From the NCBI GenBank assembly GCA_036172245.1, contig JAYWIR010000026.1, positions 930,001 to 994,000 of the forward strand: DNA of 64,000 bases, in the 5' to 3' direction. A model generated the notes under the pieces. The model saw only the letters and a list, made by a program, of their open reading frames with translations. It made no database searches and was not told where the DNA came from. This DNA is from Raillietiella orientalis (Eukaryota). How positions within the stretch are numbered: the stretch's first letter is position 1; each line of letters begins with the position of its first letter. The position numbers were made by a program, and so were the translations under genes. Of this stretch, positions 1 through 11,500 are shown piece after piece.

Positions 1-907
1 GGAAGAGAATGTGCATCGAGTCTTCGGCCTTACCGAACCGGAAAACAGTGGAACAAACCGTGTGTGGAACAAAGAACAGCATTTGTCGTTGTATTTTCAA
101 AGGCAATATAATCATCGATTTCCTGATTCGGGTTTCAACAGTGACTTCTGAACTGGTTGATCTCGACCCAGGAAATTTTGCGGCCTGGAGCCTCCTTGAC
201 CGGCTTCGATTCGAATCAGATTTCCGTAAAAGTGGAAAGAAGATCTTTTTTGCGCTTCTCCAATCGCAATCAATGCACGGGACCCTCAAGTTGTTTTCGA
301 ATGATCCCAGGGTTCATGGAGGGAATCCAAACAACTCAGAACTCACCGCGGCTTGTGCGGAGAAGCAAAGTTTGCGGTTTCACAGTGCAAGCAGACTGAA
401 TTAGAAGGGTCATCGTCGCAAGCCACCAACCAAGCAGGGCTCGAGGCACGAGGATAGGAACCGACTCATGGAGGCGCAGACGAACTTGATCCAACGCTCT
501 CAAACCGAGAACTTCATGAGAACGTGTGGTGTGCCAGTGCTGCCATTGATGCACCGGTTGCAAGTGTGAGAGAGTACGCGTTGGCCAATCCCTCAAGATG
601 CTAAAAAGCGTCGTTGGATCAGGGTAAGGCCATAGGCCGAGTGCTGAGCTTCTGTCGCTTTCGACATCAGGGAATCCAAGAGATAACTTAATGCGAGCAC
701 ACATGCATAATCTAAGGACATACAACTAAGATTTCGAAAGAGGAGAGTCCTCCTAGAGAGGGAAAGAAAGAAAGAAGAGATGAAGAAAACAAAGGGTCAA
801 AAACTAGCATCGGTACCACACCTTGGTTTCATCGCGAGAAAGAGCAGGAAGAAGGAAAGAGTAAGGGAGGGAGGGAAAGGGGAAGAAGAGGAGGAAGGGA
901 AGAGGAC

Positions 908-952
908 GGGTCTGGTTGGATTCACAGCATCTTCTGATCCTAGCTGTTCCGC
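908..952. repeat. 45-bp dispersed repeat, copy 1 (copy 2 at 12978-13022)
   Basis: GGGTCTG(G/A)TTGGATTCACAGCATCTTCT(G/C)ATCCTAGCTGTTCCGC matches 12978-13022 at 43/45 positions. Both copies follow a GA-rich purine tract. Confidence 0.85.
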
Positions 953-2019
953 ACCAGCACCACACCTCGGTTTCATCATTTCTTTCGCACCATATGCTTG
1001 GTACTTGTCAACAGAGCTCTGATGCAGATAGCAGCCTGAACAAACAGAGGATTCCTTTTTGAAACTTCGTACATGTAAAAGCACAAGGACTCGCTGATCC
1101 CCTGGACACCGAAGACTTCTTTAAACTCGATGAATGGCAGCCATGGATCCAATCTGATTTCGAGGACGGAGAGAACGTTAGGCCCAACAAGGAAAGTCTC
1201 TACTGCATCTCAGAAATCGCAGCTGTTTCTTATGAAACTGGAAGGCAGGCCTTGGACGGGTGGGGGGCAACGTGCACATCTCCTGACTGCTCGGTCACCA
1301 TGGAAGGCAGTCTTTATGATTTCGCTTGCGGGAAGTGCAAGTGAAGGGAAGGGATTGCGGACTGAATACCTGCTCGGCGTGTTGCCTCGAAGACCGAACC
1401 GACGCGTTACCTTCCCGCAGAACCTGCAGGAACTTCCCACGCCCGCGCATTTCTTTGGCGAGCCTTCCTTTTGTCGTGGAATCCCTCCGCTGTGATGCTT
1501 TGGAGCCGGTGCTACGATGAGACTTCACCCTCACCTCGAGCATGGAAAGGAGCTGCGTCCAGAAGATCTTGCCTCGGATGAATCTGAAGGATGAAGAAAC
1601 GAAAGCAGGGGGGGGGGGGTTGTGGAACAAGAACAGGAATTGTGGCGCAGAACAAAAGAGGTGGAGAACCGAAGAAAAATCTCTGTCAACTCAACCAACC
1701 CCCCCGTCACACCACACAGCGCCTGCGTTCCCGACCCATGTGTGTAACGCACTTTATGACAGCGCATGGGTGGATGTGCCGAATGTGTGTGCAGGGAATG
1801 CATTCCCTGCAAGCGTTAAACGAGTTCCAGCAAGAACCCATCGTGACTAGCCCACACTTCTGTGAGAGACTTCCGGAGCAACTGTAGCAGTGCAGTGACC
1901 TACCCAGTCCCACCGAATAAGCGCCTTCGATTCGGTGAGTTTCTCATCACAAGAACTATGAGAGCACTTCGCATGATCATCCACAAGAGAGCCCCGCTCT
2001 TGGAACGACGATGCCACCG

Positions 2020-2610
2020 CATCTCACGTCTGGGGAGGGATCCCCCCCGGGAATCTCCACCCTGATTGTCTCCGAAGGGAAGCCCAGAGGGAATCTCCTT
2101 CCTCATTCTCTCCGGAGGAACCCCAGGAGGGGTCCACTCCATTTTTCTTCTCCGGAGGGAACTCGGAAGGTCGTTTGCTCCTCCTCTGAAGACAGTCCCG
2201 AAGGGACGCTTGCGAAATTTCTCAGAAGGGCGCACTCCCCGAAGGGAGTGGCGCACTTCTTTACGCACTCTGGAGAGTTACAACACCCACACTTCACGGT
2301 ACGAGACGGAAGGTCGCCCCGGAAGGGGAAGTCCGCTCCCTTGCGCAACCTAAGGGCAACTACCCATTCCTTGATTCTGCTTCCTGGAAGGACCCGGAAG
2401 TCGACTCTCACTGTTTCAACCCTCATCGGGGCATCTGGTTTTATCCGCTACCGGTGCCGCACCCGAATGAACAGAGGCTAACCAGCGTCTTCTTGCGGGA
2501 GGAACTCGAACCCACGACGCACCCCCCCATTTTCTCGGCGTGGATTCTTTGCGAGTATTCGAACCCGCGGCGCATGGTACCGAACGGCCTCCGACGCGGG
2601 CCTGGAGGGG
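2020..2610 (-). mobile_element. tRNA-headed SINE-like repeat, copy A
   Basis: B-box-like GGGTTCGAATA on the minus strand (2556-2566). The body shares blocks (GGGAGGGATCCC, CCTCATT..CTCCGGAGG, CCTCCTCTGAAG, TTCCTGGAAGGAC) with 4945-5150, 13375-13870 and, in inverted orientation, 39960-40310. Boundaries are approximate. Confidence 0.55.
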
Positions 2611-3999
2611 CGCTGAAACCTTTCCCATCGTATGACCAGTCGCTCTAGAGTTACCTGCTACCTCTGTAAACACGGTTCCAGTTGCAGTTCGTTACGGTTC
2701 AACTCTCAGAGGATACCACGCCGCACTGAGAGAACACACTCCTTCTCGCGAGGATGCTGTTGGCAAGGGAACACTCTGGCAACACGACTTCGAAATGGGA
2801 GTACATGGTTGGCATGGCTGTGCTGACCCCGCCATTTCGTTTCCAAGTGGTCCGACAAGACCGCTTACTTGGATAAGCGCGAGATCGCTTTTGTAGGACG
2901 AGCCTGCGAATCCTTCACAAAAATTCGATCCAGCCATCCTGCACGTGTGGTTTCTGTACGGCAGATTGCAGGACCAGGTGAGGAGTAGGCGGACCGGTCC
3001 CACGGGCGTAGTGTTACATATCCTAGCCGGTGCTCTGGCGGGAAGATCCGTCGGCACAGCTGATAACCCGAGGCCTTCGCGGGTCCTCCCTGTCGCAATC
3101 GCAGTTTGCTTCAGACTCTTTGCTTGTCCCGGATACAGCTGAACGCTGTTCCCTCCCCATTCATTTCACAACATCCTTTGACCTCCCTCAGGCTTCAGGT
3201 TCTCCGGTAGCTCCCGAAAACCCACTTCCGTTGCGAACGGGCTGGTGGTGCCCGTTCTGATAGCTGGTGCGTGCTCAGCTCCGTCCGACCTCAGGGAACG
3301 AGCGGGATCGCGTGCGCGGGGCAAACCGACGCCATCTTTGATTATTGCCACAAATGATCGCAAGGCATCGCCACCTGCAGCAGTCGTTGTACCGTTATGG
3401 CCGTTCGGACATGTACGTACATCTCTCAAGTAGGAAGCGAACACGAACACCTTTCGCAATACATTCTAATAACGCGGCGAATTTGTTGTTTCGGATTTTT
3501 TTTTGTCCATCACATGCTCGTGAGCGGCAGCAGAAATTCAACTTGCCAACTTGGTATAAAAATTAGCAGCCATAAGTCGGTATTTTTCCAGTTTGATGAA
3601 AACGTCGAATGCATTTCAACATTCTCACTGTATTACCGAACTGTATTATAATTGTATTAATCAAAGCGTACCTTTTCTATCTCTCGAGGTGTGCTACTGA
3701 AATATGCTATTATAATACATGTATATGCATCAGGCACCGAATAAAAAAAAAATACTTTATTAAATAATGACTAGCATGAGACAATATCATTATTATGTAC
3801 TTTAATATAACTGCTTTCAATGAAATTAAATTATTATTTTTATAACGTGGGAGCGTGCAGATGAAGTGCTACAAGAAAAAAATTCTTACACTTATTCGTA
3901 ATTACCAATAAATAGCAAGCTGATGAGCTACTGGTAGCCCCGGCACCTGCGTGTTGGAGTCTCTTGCAAGCATTTCATTCAGCAAATGCGTCTGAAGGT

Positions 4000-4560
4000 G
4001 TCACACACGAGTATGCGTTTTTGTGTTTTTCCACACTGCGGCTTCGGAGGGCACAGAGCGCAAAAAACATTCTGGTATGCTCGAAATTCTCGCTGAATCA
4101 TCAGAAAATGCACGAACGTGCAACCACAAGGACCAAATCGACTTCCGTTCTTTATTGCGGCAACATGTCGATGCACACCAAGGAAGGTTACCGAGAGAGA
4201 TCCCACACAGCGAAGTGCGTCCCGATGCAGTTTCCTCCTCAAATGCTCCCCATCCAGGCATCACTGCCGAAGAGGCCGTGCTCCCCCGGATGTCTTCCTC
4301 GGGGACTCCCTCGTTCAGCTCGCTTTCATCTCACCGACAGCAACAGCCTCGTGCGAAACAGCTGCACACCGCCGAAAGTCCCGTGTGCGTGCATCTCGCA
4401 TCAACCGATTTTCGCTGCAAGACTTCCTTTTCGAAAGTTCTCCCGCGGCAGATCGTCTCCTCATGGCGTCACCGTGTCGAAAAGACCCTTCCAGAGTCCA
4501 TTCCCGCGAGCTTCTCTTAAGACACAGCATGCACGCCAGGTTTGCGTTCAGATGCCACAT
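4000..4560 (-). mobile_element. Degenerate non-LTR reverse transcriptase fragment
   Basis: Frameshifted minus-strand peptides GMD..KGLFDTV (like the DxxKAFDxV motif) and, downstream, LNEGVPEEDIRGSTASSAVM (like GVPQGxxLSPxLF) occur in the expected order. No intact YADD. Confidence 0.4.
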
Positions 4561-4944
4561 CCCGCCTTGAGCCATCCCGTGCAAGCACGTGCTAAGACGG
4601 GGCGGATGAGAAACAGAGGAGGTCAAAGAGGTCGGGGAGCGGTAGGGTGAAGGGAGGAGGCTGCAGCGGAAGTGACAGTACGGAGTGCATTGGAATGCCC
4701 GTGCGCGTAGCAAGCCAAAGAGCATTCGTTCCCTATGGCGGCAGCGGTTCCCAAGCTTTTCCTCTGACGGAACACTTCACACATCCCGAGGTTTCAACGG
4801 AATACCCTGGTTATTTCATAGCGCAGGTAGACATTAATAATAAGCAAGGAAACATAGGAGTTGAGCAAAAAACATTCTCAAATTTTAATTATGTAAAACA
4901 AAACATAAACTAGCGTATATATAGAGAGGACGATTGCACCCTCC

Positions 4945-5150
4945 CCGGGTGGCGTGTTATTCTTCAAGATAGGGGGCATCCCTGAAGGGGGGTTCCGCCC
5001 TATGAATCCAGGATGTCTCGGAGTCGGTTCCTCTCACGCTTGGGGAGGGATCCCCCCTTCAGGGGGGACTGCACCTCCCACCCTGGTTGTCTCCGAAGGG
5101 AATCTCCTTCCTCATTGTCTCCGGAGGGAGCACCCCGGAAGGGGATGGAT
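4945..5150 (-). mobile_element. SINE-like repeat, partial copy B
   Basis: 5030-5145 closely matches 2022-2130 (CTCACG..TGGGGAGGGATCCCCCC...TTGTCTCCGAAGGGAA...TCTCCTTCCTCATT(G/C)TCTCCGGAGG). Confidence 0.6.
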
Positions 5151-7323
5151 GGGCCTCTCCATAACGTTCTTAATGACGTCGATATTTCTGGGTCTTGGGG
5201 TTGCAAATCCTTTCGATATCAGGCACACCATACTAGAAAGTAGGTGAGGGGCGCCTGAGTTTCAAACACGTTACCACTTGGCTCGGCCTTTAAGAATTCA
5301 GTAATTCTCACAATTTTTCACGGAACGCTTATTGACTGTCCGCGGGACACCAGTTTTTGGGAAACGCTGCCCTGTGGAGTTCCTGCGTGAAGTCGGATCC
5401 TCGGAACGCCTTCCTGCAAAGAGAGCCTTTTGGAGCCGCTTCCGTAGGAACGCACTCCCAGCCGAGGCCCGACGGCAGGGTCAGAAGGGGAACACGGCGG
5501 CTACCTTGGAAGCACGGATGGCTCTCCAAGAAAAGCTTCAGGGACCACGGCGGCGACTACTTCAAGAACGCAGGCCGCAACGGTGAAAGCAGGAAAGTGC
5601 AGACGGTGGGGGGGAAGGTCGCTTCTTTTAGAAGTGGCGGAAGATGAATCCATGGCACGGGTCCGTCCACATGAAAGAAGTCGTTCGACAGCTGCTGGAC
5701 TTGAAACCTTCTTGGCCGTTGTCGAGAGCGCGCGCACTCCGACTTCTCTGCGATTCATCCTGTTCTTTTCACTTCTTTCTTCCTCCCGCGCAAGGTTTCC
5801 ATTCTACGGAGTTTCGCTGCTACGTGTTGAGTACAAAGTAACGATGCAGAGGGCACACCGAAAGGCAATTCATTTTATTATATTGATTCATTTCGTTATG
5901 CTGGTTGACAATGACTGGGGACGATTTCGAGCGGGGGTATTGGGGAAGCAGGAAGCTCCTGCTCGGCGTTCCTTTCGATCGTTTTTTCGACTTCGGCAGC
6001 TAATTTACTGTCCCAGGGAATGAGGAGCGAAAATCCACGGCACAAAAGCGCAACGTGGACGCAGTCCACCGTGATTTGTTCTTCCGTGACAGGAGAAATT
6101 TTGGGCCGTGCTTGGGACTTTCATGCGCGAAAATGCAGAAACGCATCCAGGGAACAAAGAGGAACGGCCCCTCTTCAAAACATCGAGGACAAACCCGAAC
6201 ACAGTGGTGTCCCGGCACTCGACAGTGTCGGAACTCGTCAAACTCGGCACTCGTCGTATATCGAAGAGAAAAAAATGCTCCGACACTCGACGGCGCATGC
6301 TCGCAACTCGACACCCACCCCACCCTCATGGTGAAACAGGCGAACGGCGTAGCCTCGTGGCAGCTCGCCAACACTGCCAAACACTTCCTTAGAGTGCCTT
6401 CCGAATCGTTGCCCGTTTTTTGTGCTTTCTGTGCATTTGAAGAGTTCGTCATGGGTCTTGAAATGGTTAAAAACGATACCACGAAACCTAGAAAGGAACT
6501 TGTTCGGTACTCGTCGATTCCGGCACTCGTCGCGAGTTCCCGAACGACTTACTGACGAGTACCGCGGTACAAATGTATTTCCAAGTCAGTTTTTCCGGTC
6601 CATGAGAAGGCAGCTACGAGCAACGGACAACTTTTTTTTTTTTTTTTTTTTGTGCCGTGGTTGCGTACAGGTGTGTTGCAATACTTTGCAGCTTCGGGGG
6701 GTCAACTTTCGAATCAACTCTCGGCATACCAACACGGTAAGATTCCTTGCCATTTGTCAAGGGTTGTCCCATCGGAGAAAGCCGGATATCTCCAGCAGGT
6801 CACCGTTCTTAGAAACCACTCTGCAAGAAAACGAGGTACGGAAGCAGCATGAAGTCTGGCACTGCTGCCAGCAGCTCCCAGAGGCGCCTCTCTGGAGCCA
6901 GACTGAGGCCAGTTTGGCTCTTGGGGGTGCATCGCGGTTAGCCTCAGAGTGCTCGAAGTGATCCGACGTAGTGACGAACAGCAGATTTTCGAGAGGAAGC
7001 TCCAGCAGGAGTCCTCGGAATTCCGCCCCAACCCCCGTTTCCTGCTCGAGGATTTCGTGGCGTCCAGGGAATCTTCCGCGAAAGGGTTCGTTCGTTCGGA
7101 GCACTTTCGAACCCTCGGGATCACCATCCCGGCTTCCCTCAGAAAGCTTCGAAGATCGCGCGATGTTGGATCATCGCGATCGCATCGCACCTGCAAGTCT
7201 GACAGAGCGGGAACACTGAAACTGCGCGAACGTTTCAGTGTCGGTTGATTTATGTACTGCATCCGCTTTAGATTTCTTTTTTTTTTTTAAAAAAAACAAT
7301 CCCTTTTCTGTCTTATTCCCATA

Positions 7324-8481
7324 ATGGGAAGCGACGCAGACAGTTCAAAAAGATGGGAGCTAACCGTTTTCTCCCCCACCCTTCCCTCGGCACGCGCCGT
7401 GCGCTTCGCACGCTCGTGAGAGCCGACCAGACGTCCGCCTTCGATCCATCGAGTCAAAAGGCGCGGTCTGACCACTGGATGAAATTTCAGGGTCAGCATA
7501 AAGAAAGTTTTGAAAAAGCAGGAGAATGCCAACAAGCTGGTGGACGACGGCATCGACACCATGCGCAAGCACTTCGAAGATCTCAGGCTGGATCCATTCC
7601 AGATCACGAGCAGGCAAACGTGCTATGGAAAGAAGGCAGGTTTCTCTCCTCCTCTCTTCCTCCTTGCTTTCCCCTTCTTCCCCACCTCCTTCCTCCTTTC
7701 CTTCCTCTTCTTCCTACCTGTCTCCTCTCTTCCTCCCTGCTTACTTCCTCTTCCATTTTCTCCCCCCCAAAACGGGAAAGCTCATCCGTCGAACCAGCTC
7801 TGCGGCATCCGGTTCAACCTGGAAACGGTCTACGATTCGATTTTCCTCCGTGGTCTGAGCAGAATCACCCGCGCGTCCAACGCTGTGGTTTTCGAAGACG
7901 CCGAAGGAGACCTCGTCATGAACGTGAATTTGCACATCGACGTAATGAAGGTCGACCTCTCCTTCCCCCTTCCTCCTGGAATCTCCCCCCTTCCCGCACT
8001 TCCATACCCCTCAGATCGAGATCCGCTGCCTCTACAAGCTGATGAGGTGCAACCCCTCGCTGCATCTGCTCTTCGAGCTGACATCCGTGGTCCTCGCGAC
8101 GAAGATAAGGATGAACTTTCGGAACCTGGACATCGACATTGACAACGTCCTCGTGAAAAGGATAGGGTGAGCGCCCCGGGCGGGAGGTTCGACGGGCGAG
8201 GGTCTGACGGCTACCGCAGGAGGACGAGCGTGAGGACGACCGGTCTAGGACTCTTCAATCCCCTGGTGGCCCTGGTGGTGAAGCTGCACACGAGGAGCAG
8301 GCTGCACCACTTCGCCAACGTGCTCGAGAACGAGATCCGCCTGCGCTGCGAAGAGTCCCTGAAAGGGTTGGACCGGGACGTCATCATAAGAAGCCTGTGG
8401 GATTATCTAAGCAACCACTGCGGAGAGGAACTCTGCCAGAGGGAGCAGCGCCGGAAAAGCGGAGGCGGAGGCCCTTCTTAG
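7324..8481 (+). CDS. Group 7 allergen-like (Der p 7 / TULIP-fold lipid-binding) protein, ~267 aa, 5 exons: 7324-7415 (tentative), 7491-7635, 7798-7950, 8015-8166, 8220-8481
   Basis: Exon phases join into one 804-nt ORF. Spliced peptide NANKLVDDGIDTMRKHFEDLRLDPFQI...FLRGLSRITRASNA...RIGRTSVRTTGLGLFNPLV...VLENEIRLRCEESLK shows the LDP, GLS.I.R and IG....TGLG.N pattern of arthropod group-7 allergen proteins. The first exon and start codon are uncertain. Confidence 0.7.
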
Positions 8482-8577
8482 CTCGAATCGAACCCAGCAA
8501 TCAACGAACGGAAAACCAAAACAAAAAACAAAAGCAAACGGTGGAGTGTTGTCCCTTTTATTCCTCCCCGTCCGAGT

Positions 8578-11500
8578 TCACGTGACGAGGATGGAGCTCT
8601 TGCGCCTCGTTCGCAGCTTCTTGGAGAGCTTCTCCTGCTTCATCTGCCTCCTGTGGAGCACGTAGCAGACCATTGACACGGCCCCACCCAGGAGCGTGGC
8701 GAACCCCGCGAAGTGGAAGGCGTACTCGTAGGACTGCGTGACGTCGTAGATGGAGCCTGGAAGGCACGAGGGGATGCACGCGCTCCGGTTTGCCCGCCGC
8801 TCTCTCCGTCGCGGGGTTGACCCGCGCCTTCCCCCATGCCCCTTACCTGCCACGGGCGGGCCCAAGAGAGCGCCGAGGCCGCAGAAGAACAGGATGTACC
8901 CGAAGACCAGAGCCAGGTTGTTGGGACCGTACACGTGGCCGGGAGCGACGGCCAGCAACACGTTCAGCTGACCGTGGAAGGAGCCCATGGTGACACACAG
9001 CGCGATCAGCCCCTCCATGGTGCTGATCTGGTTGTGGTAGAGGACCGCCGCCCCGCACAGCATCTGCGCGATCGAGTAGTAGCACACGGAGTTCACGAAG
9101 GACCAGGAGCAGATGGTCCCGGCGATGAGGCGGCCCAGGAGGTCTCCCAGGCCGATCCCGGACAGGGCGTAGATGAAGCGTTCGGTGAACCCCCTGCTGG
9201 AGGCGAAGTCCTTGTACAGGACGTAGAGGGTCATAGTGCTCATGACCCATAGCATCCCGGACATGTTGAAGCACCAGAACTTGACGTCCGCCAGCAGGTG
9301 GCGGTCGAATGGCGATAGGCCGTGGGGGTGAGGAGGGTACTGAAAGTCGTCGCCGCCGGGGTGGTCGCAGGCATCCTCCTGCCCTGCGTTGGCCTGCAGG
9401 TCAATGCTCTCCTGGGAAGCCAGCGGCGCTATGGAGAACCTCGGCTCCGCCGGGGGTCGATCTTCGTCCCCGTCGCCGTCATCGTCGTCGCACAGGAAGT
9501 CGTCATCGGCGTCGTCGCCGCCGCTGGAGGGGGCCGCTGACACGGCCTCATCTGCTGAGCGGGGCTCGCTCCCGCTGTCGGAGGCGCTGGGGGAGACCCG
9601 CCGGTCTCTCCCGCCGGAGGGAGGCGCGTCGGTCCTCGGTGTGTTCTCCGGGTTCGAGTCCGCCTGGCTGTCCTCCTCCTTCTCCTCCATGATGTCGGAG
9701 TGCCAGGAGCGGAGGGGCTTGGCATGGATCTTCTTCAGCTGTTGCACGCTTTTCGGCAGGAGCTTCTGGAGGCCCTGGGCCTTGCTGGACTCAGTCTTGC
9801 GCCTGGGGGACTTGTCCTCCCTCTCCGCCGGCTTCTTCGTTCTCCTCTTCTTGCCCTCCTTCGGGGCCGCGGCGGGGACTACCTCCCGGGAGGAGGCCCG
9901 CTGGGCCGCCGCCTCCAGCTTGCGCTTCTCGATGCGCTCGCGCAGCTTCTCCGGCCGGCGAAGGATGCTCTCGGCGAAACTGTGGCAACGGTCCCTGGAC
10001 TCCTCGTCGCTAAGCACCTCCTCCGAGTGGTAGATGGGCAGCGACATGAAGCTGGAGCTCCTCCTCCTGGACAGGTCCATGTCGCACAGGCTGTTGATCG
10101 AGTGGGAGAGGAAGCTGGAGGAAGGGCACAGCTGGAGGTCCTTGATGCTGCCGGACGTCTGCCGGTAGCCCACTCGGATCTCCTTGACCTTCTTGTCGAG
10201 CACGACGGGCCCCGCGGAAGAGACCCTCTGTTCCTTCCCGGGCGGGGGCGGAGGTGACGTCGACGAAGGGGCCGCTTCGCCCCCGCCCCCGCTCCCGACC
10301 CACTCGCACAGGTATCCGGACTCAGCGTACTCGTACACGGTCATCCGCACCGGGTACACGAGCAGGCCGAAGACGCAGAACTGCAGCGCCAGCCCCGCAT
10401 TTATCAGCAGCGACCCGCTCCACCCGTAGTAGGTGACGTTGAGCTCCATCAGCGGGCCGAGGAAGAACAGGCCGCACCCGAAGCCGGTCATCGCCAAAGC
10501 CGTGGCGATGGCGTGCTTCTTCTGGAAGTAGGTCCCGAGAGTGATCACCCAGCCAGAGAAATTGAAGCTCAAACCTATGGCTGTGGGGGAACAAAAAAAA
10601 AAGAGAAGAAAAAAAAAAGAAAAAAAATAAAGGCGGGGCTCGCGGGCCACGTTCGAATGTCGGGCTCGGGTGGTGTTCTTTGTTGACAGAAAGCAGAAAG
10701 CGGCCCTTCCTCCCCTCCCCCTCCCTTCCCGTGCGCGGGATGAGAGGCGGAGGAGCCCTCCGCCGGGGGAACGCGCGCGACCCACCCGTCCCAACTGGGA
10801 AGGGGACGAGGAGGGAGGGAGAAAGGGAGGGGAAAGGAAGTGGAAAGGAAGGAAGAAGAACAAAAGGAGGAGGAGAGGAGAAGGAAGAGGAAGCAAGGAG
10901 GAAGAGAAGAGGAGGAAGAAGAAGGGAGGAAGGAGGAGAGAGGGAGGAAGAGGAGAACGAAGGAGAAAATAGGAAGGGGAAGAAAGGAGGAAGAAGAAAA
11001 AGTAACAGATGGGGAGGAGGATGAGAAGGAAGGGGAAAGGAGGGAGGATGGAATTCTCGAGTTAAGGAAACCAGATAGCTCGTTCCCGTGGCGGCCTGCG
11101 CTTCCTTGTCAGGCGTCTAGAGGGCGCAGCGTTTCGTGCCGAGGGGAGGGGAGAGGAAGGGGGGCGCAAGGCCGCGACAGAGAGAGCGCGCTGCGCAACC
11201 TCGCCCTATTCGGAAGCGCATTTTTCTCCCTCGGGAGGTGTCGCGCGCATTTCACGGTCAGCGCTGCCTCCGCGCTGGATCCAGGTCACATGCTGCGGTG
11301 CCTTCAATTCCCTACTAGGTGGGGTAGGATGAGGTGGAGGTGGATGAGGGGGAACAGGGGAAGAAGACGATCGCATGCGCTCGTCGGGCGCCAACAGAGG
11401 GGTCCTCAGACGACCTCCGCTTGGGAGTTCCTGCGCTTCGGAAGGAGGAAGTTGCAGGCCCCAAACAAAGGGGGGGCCGGCACGCAGAAGGGAAGCTGAG

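Noticed and set aside
150..520. Possible NeSL/R2-like C-terminal relic (SQSMHG..FSNDP, SRLN)
   Set aside because: Similarity is too weak to support by eye.
3920..3945. CTGATGAG-CTAC/GTAG hammerhead-like half core
   Set aside because: Lacks the GAAA strand and stems I/III.
10581..10896. N-terminal extension of the 772-aa ORF
   Set aside because: Intronic low-complexity read-through; the real exon starts at the CAG acceptor at 10580.
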